Below, piece by piece: positions 62,175 to 64,000 of a stretch of DNA of 64,000 bases. Origin of the DNA: Macrostomum lignano (lineage: Eukaryota); contig NIVC01000793.1 of assembly GCA_002269645.1 (NCBI GenBank), positions 186,001-250,000 of the forward strand, written 5' to 3'. The notes beneath the pieces were generated by a model. The model saw only the letters and a program-made list of their open reading frames with translations. It was not told the origin of the DNA and did no database searches. A program made the position numbers and the translations under genes. Each line of letters begins with the position of its first letter. Positions within the stretch are counted from its first letter, which is position 1.

Positions 62175-62678
62175 CCGACATCTGTCTATGGCAATGGCTG
62201 TCACGGCGAAAGTGGACGCAAACAGGTTCAGTCCAGTCAGTGCGTTGACGAATTTGCACAGAGCGAGTCCGTAGGTCCAACTCGTGGTGGAGAAGAACAG
62301 CCGGCGGATGTTGCACGGCTGAGTGAGAACGCAGAGCACGAAGTCGGACATGGCCAGGTTGGCCACCAGAAGGTTGTTCACTCCTTTGCGCATGCTACTG
62401 CTGCGAAGTACTACGGCCACTAGCAGGCCATTGCCAACCGCGCCAAAGGCAATGAGGCCCACGAAGGCAAACAGAATCGGTCGAATTTTCAACAGTTCGC
62501 GCTGCCCATAGCGTTCGACTTCGTTGATTTCGCGGTGTAGTTTTTGCAGAGCAGCCGTGTTGTTGTGGCACTCGAAGTAAGCAATTAAGTGCCTGATGTC
62601 GAACAAGTTGGTGAATTGCATGTGCTGGATGCAAGAGGTATTGTCCTCCTGCAGTCTGTCTAGGTTCAGTAAATCCAT
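62175..62678 (-). CDS. NPY/NPF-receptor-like GPCR, exon 1 (N-terminus, TM1-TM3)
   Basis: GAVGNGLLV, NNLLVANLAMSD, GLALCK, IAIDRCR|gtgagt in phase 0. ATG at 62678. Spliced protein is about 457 aa. Confidence 0.9.
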
Positions 62679-64000
62679 GCTCTGCAAAATCTCAGGAATA
62701 TCTCAGGAAATTGAAGATCTGTGGGCAAATATTTATATTTATTGATATACTGTACGGGAAGGCCTCTTGCCAGATATTTGATAGGCGAAAAGGAAGTTAC
62801 CTCGTAGCTTAATTCTCAACCTAGTCTCTCTCAGATTCGCATTGACCGTAATAACTCTCGATTTGGTGAGAAAATGCAGTCCAAGTGGCGGATGCAATGC
62901 ACTCTTACCCGCGTGAATTATCTTAGGTTGCGGAGTAGCAACAGGTAGATGTGATGCGGGAAGCTGGGCAGAACCTATAGGTGTTAATTATTTGGGCTTG
63001 CTGAGTAATCAAGGCTGGAATGACAGCTTATGGAAGGCGAGACTTCCAAGTAGATATGAGAAAACGAGCCATGCGTAGCATTGGATGAGGCCACAAAGAT
63101 CTATCGGCCTTTGCCACTGGAATGCGATTGGCTCAGAAACCCAAACCTGAGTTCTGTCTGGCAATGGAGGGTTCATCGGAAGTCAGAGTTTAAGGCAATG
63201 GCGAAGGATTCACCGTCTCAACATATGGGTAAACTGTAAGCGCTTGTAGTTGAAGAAGTCTCTTAACGACTATGGTGGAACATCGCTTTGTATATCTTTA
63301 CGAGTAATAGTTGTTATTCTTTGCTGACCTTGACCTGTGACAGCCTCCGGTGATAAGACCTTCCCTTGTGACAGCCGCGGTGATTTTCAGTAGCGAAAGC
63401 ACTTAGTAAATAAAGACTTCTAAATGATTGATCCATTACCCTGCATCCGAGCTCAAGCAAGCATTACGCTCTTGCAGCAGACTGCATCCGGACTGTTTTC
63501 GACCGTTGTTAAATACTTTTATTTCTCGGTTTCTCTCTCTCTCTCTCCTTAATATTATTTCTCATGCAATTGGCTTGATTTGCTTCAGTCTTTTACTTAT
63601 ATGGCTTACAAAACGGACATCAAAAGTTGAAGGCTAAAGATAGTAGCGCGCGAGCTTCTGGCCGAGAAACTAAACTGAGAGGCAAGCATGCCCATAATCA
63701 GGCATCATAATTTGCCATGCATGGCCATGTTATAGCTTTGTCAAACATAAAGACGTCTTAATTACGAGAGTAATCCATATACTAAAAATGAGTCCATATG
63801 TTTGCATGTGATCGATTTCAGAAAATAACGTCTAAGGATTTAAGGAGCTCCACCCTTATGCAATGCCGGCTTAGGTGAAAAATCAATGTTTAGCGCTGGG
63901 TTTCCCACTGTTTATTCCCCTACCCTGCTGGTTGGGATTCTATTCCACTTAGTACACTTTAGCAGAGCTGAGAATGAGCGATTCGGTCAAGGTCTCGGGT

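Overview
This is eukaryotic (metazoan) genomic DNA. GC-rich exons, minisatellite-filled introns and the repeat landscape suggest a free-living flatworm such as Macrostomum; that is inference and was not verified. Five host genes can be reconstructed by hand: (1) an HP1/chromobox gene (+, 2 exons, 203 aa) whose intron is a stop-free, in-frame satellite; (2) a 121-aa single-pass KCNE-like membrane protein (+); (3) a five-exon gene absent from the ORF track (-, 11829-12900) encoding a 77-aa acidic protein that ends in a CaaX box (CCAVI); (4) Unc-18/Munc18 (-, 4 exons found, tiny first exon not located); (5) an NPY/NPF-type GPCR (-, 2 exons). Most long ORFs in the track are artefacts of about 20 different tandem arrays. 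Mobile elements include decayed Ty3/Gypsy gag and LTRs, an internally deleted RTE-type LINE, a DIRS-like RNase H fragment, a LINE RNase H fragment, a 3.9-kb Helitron, a MULE-like foldback and several MITEs. The most unusual signal is in the LTRs. Two unrelated LTR families carry tandem units of about 52-62 bp built as [linker + tRNA primer-binding site + unique spacer + copy of the LTR end]. This is a repeat-spacer array of primer sites, and one copy lies inside a TSD-bounded solo LTR. There is also evidence of strongly localised C-to-T hypermutation of repeats. All calls were made by eye without database searches; array boundaries are approximate.
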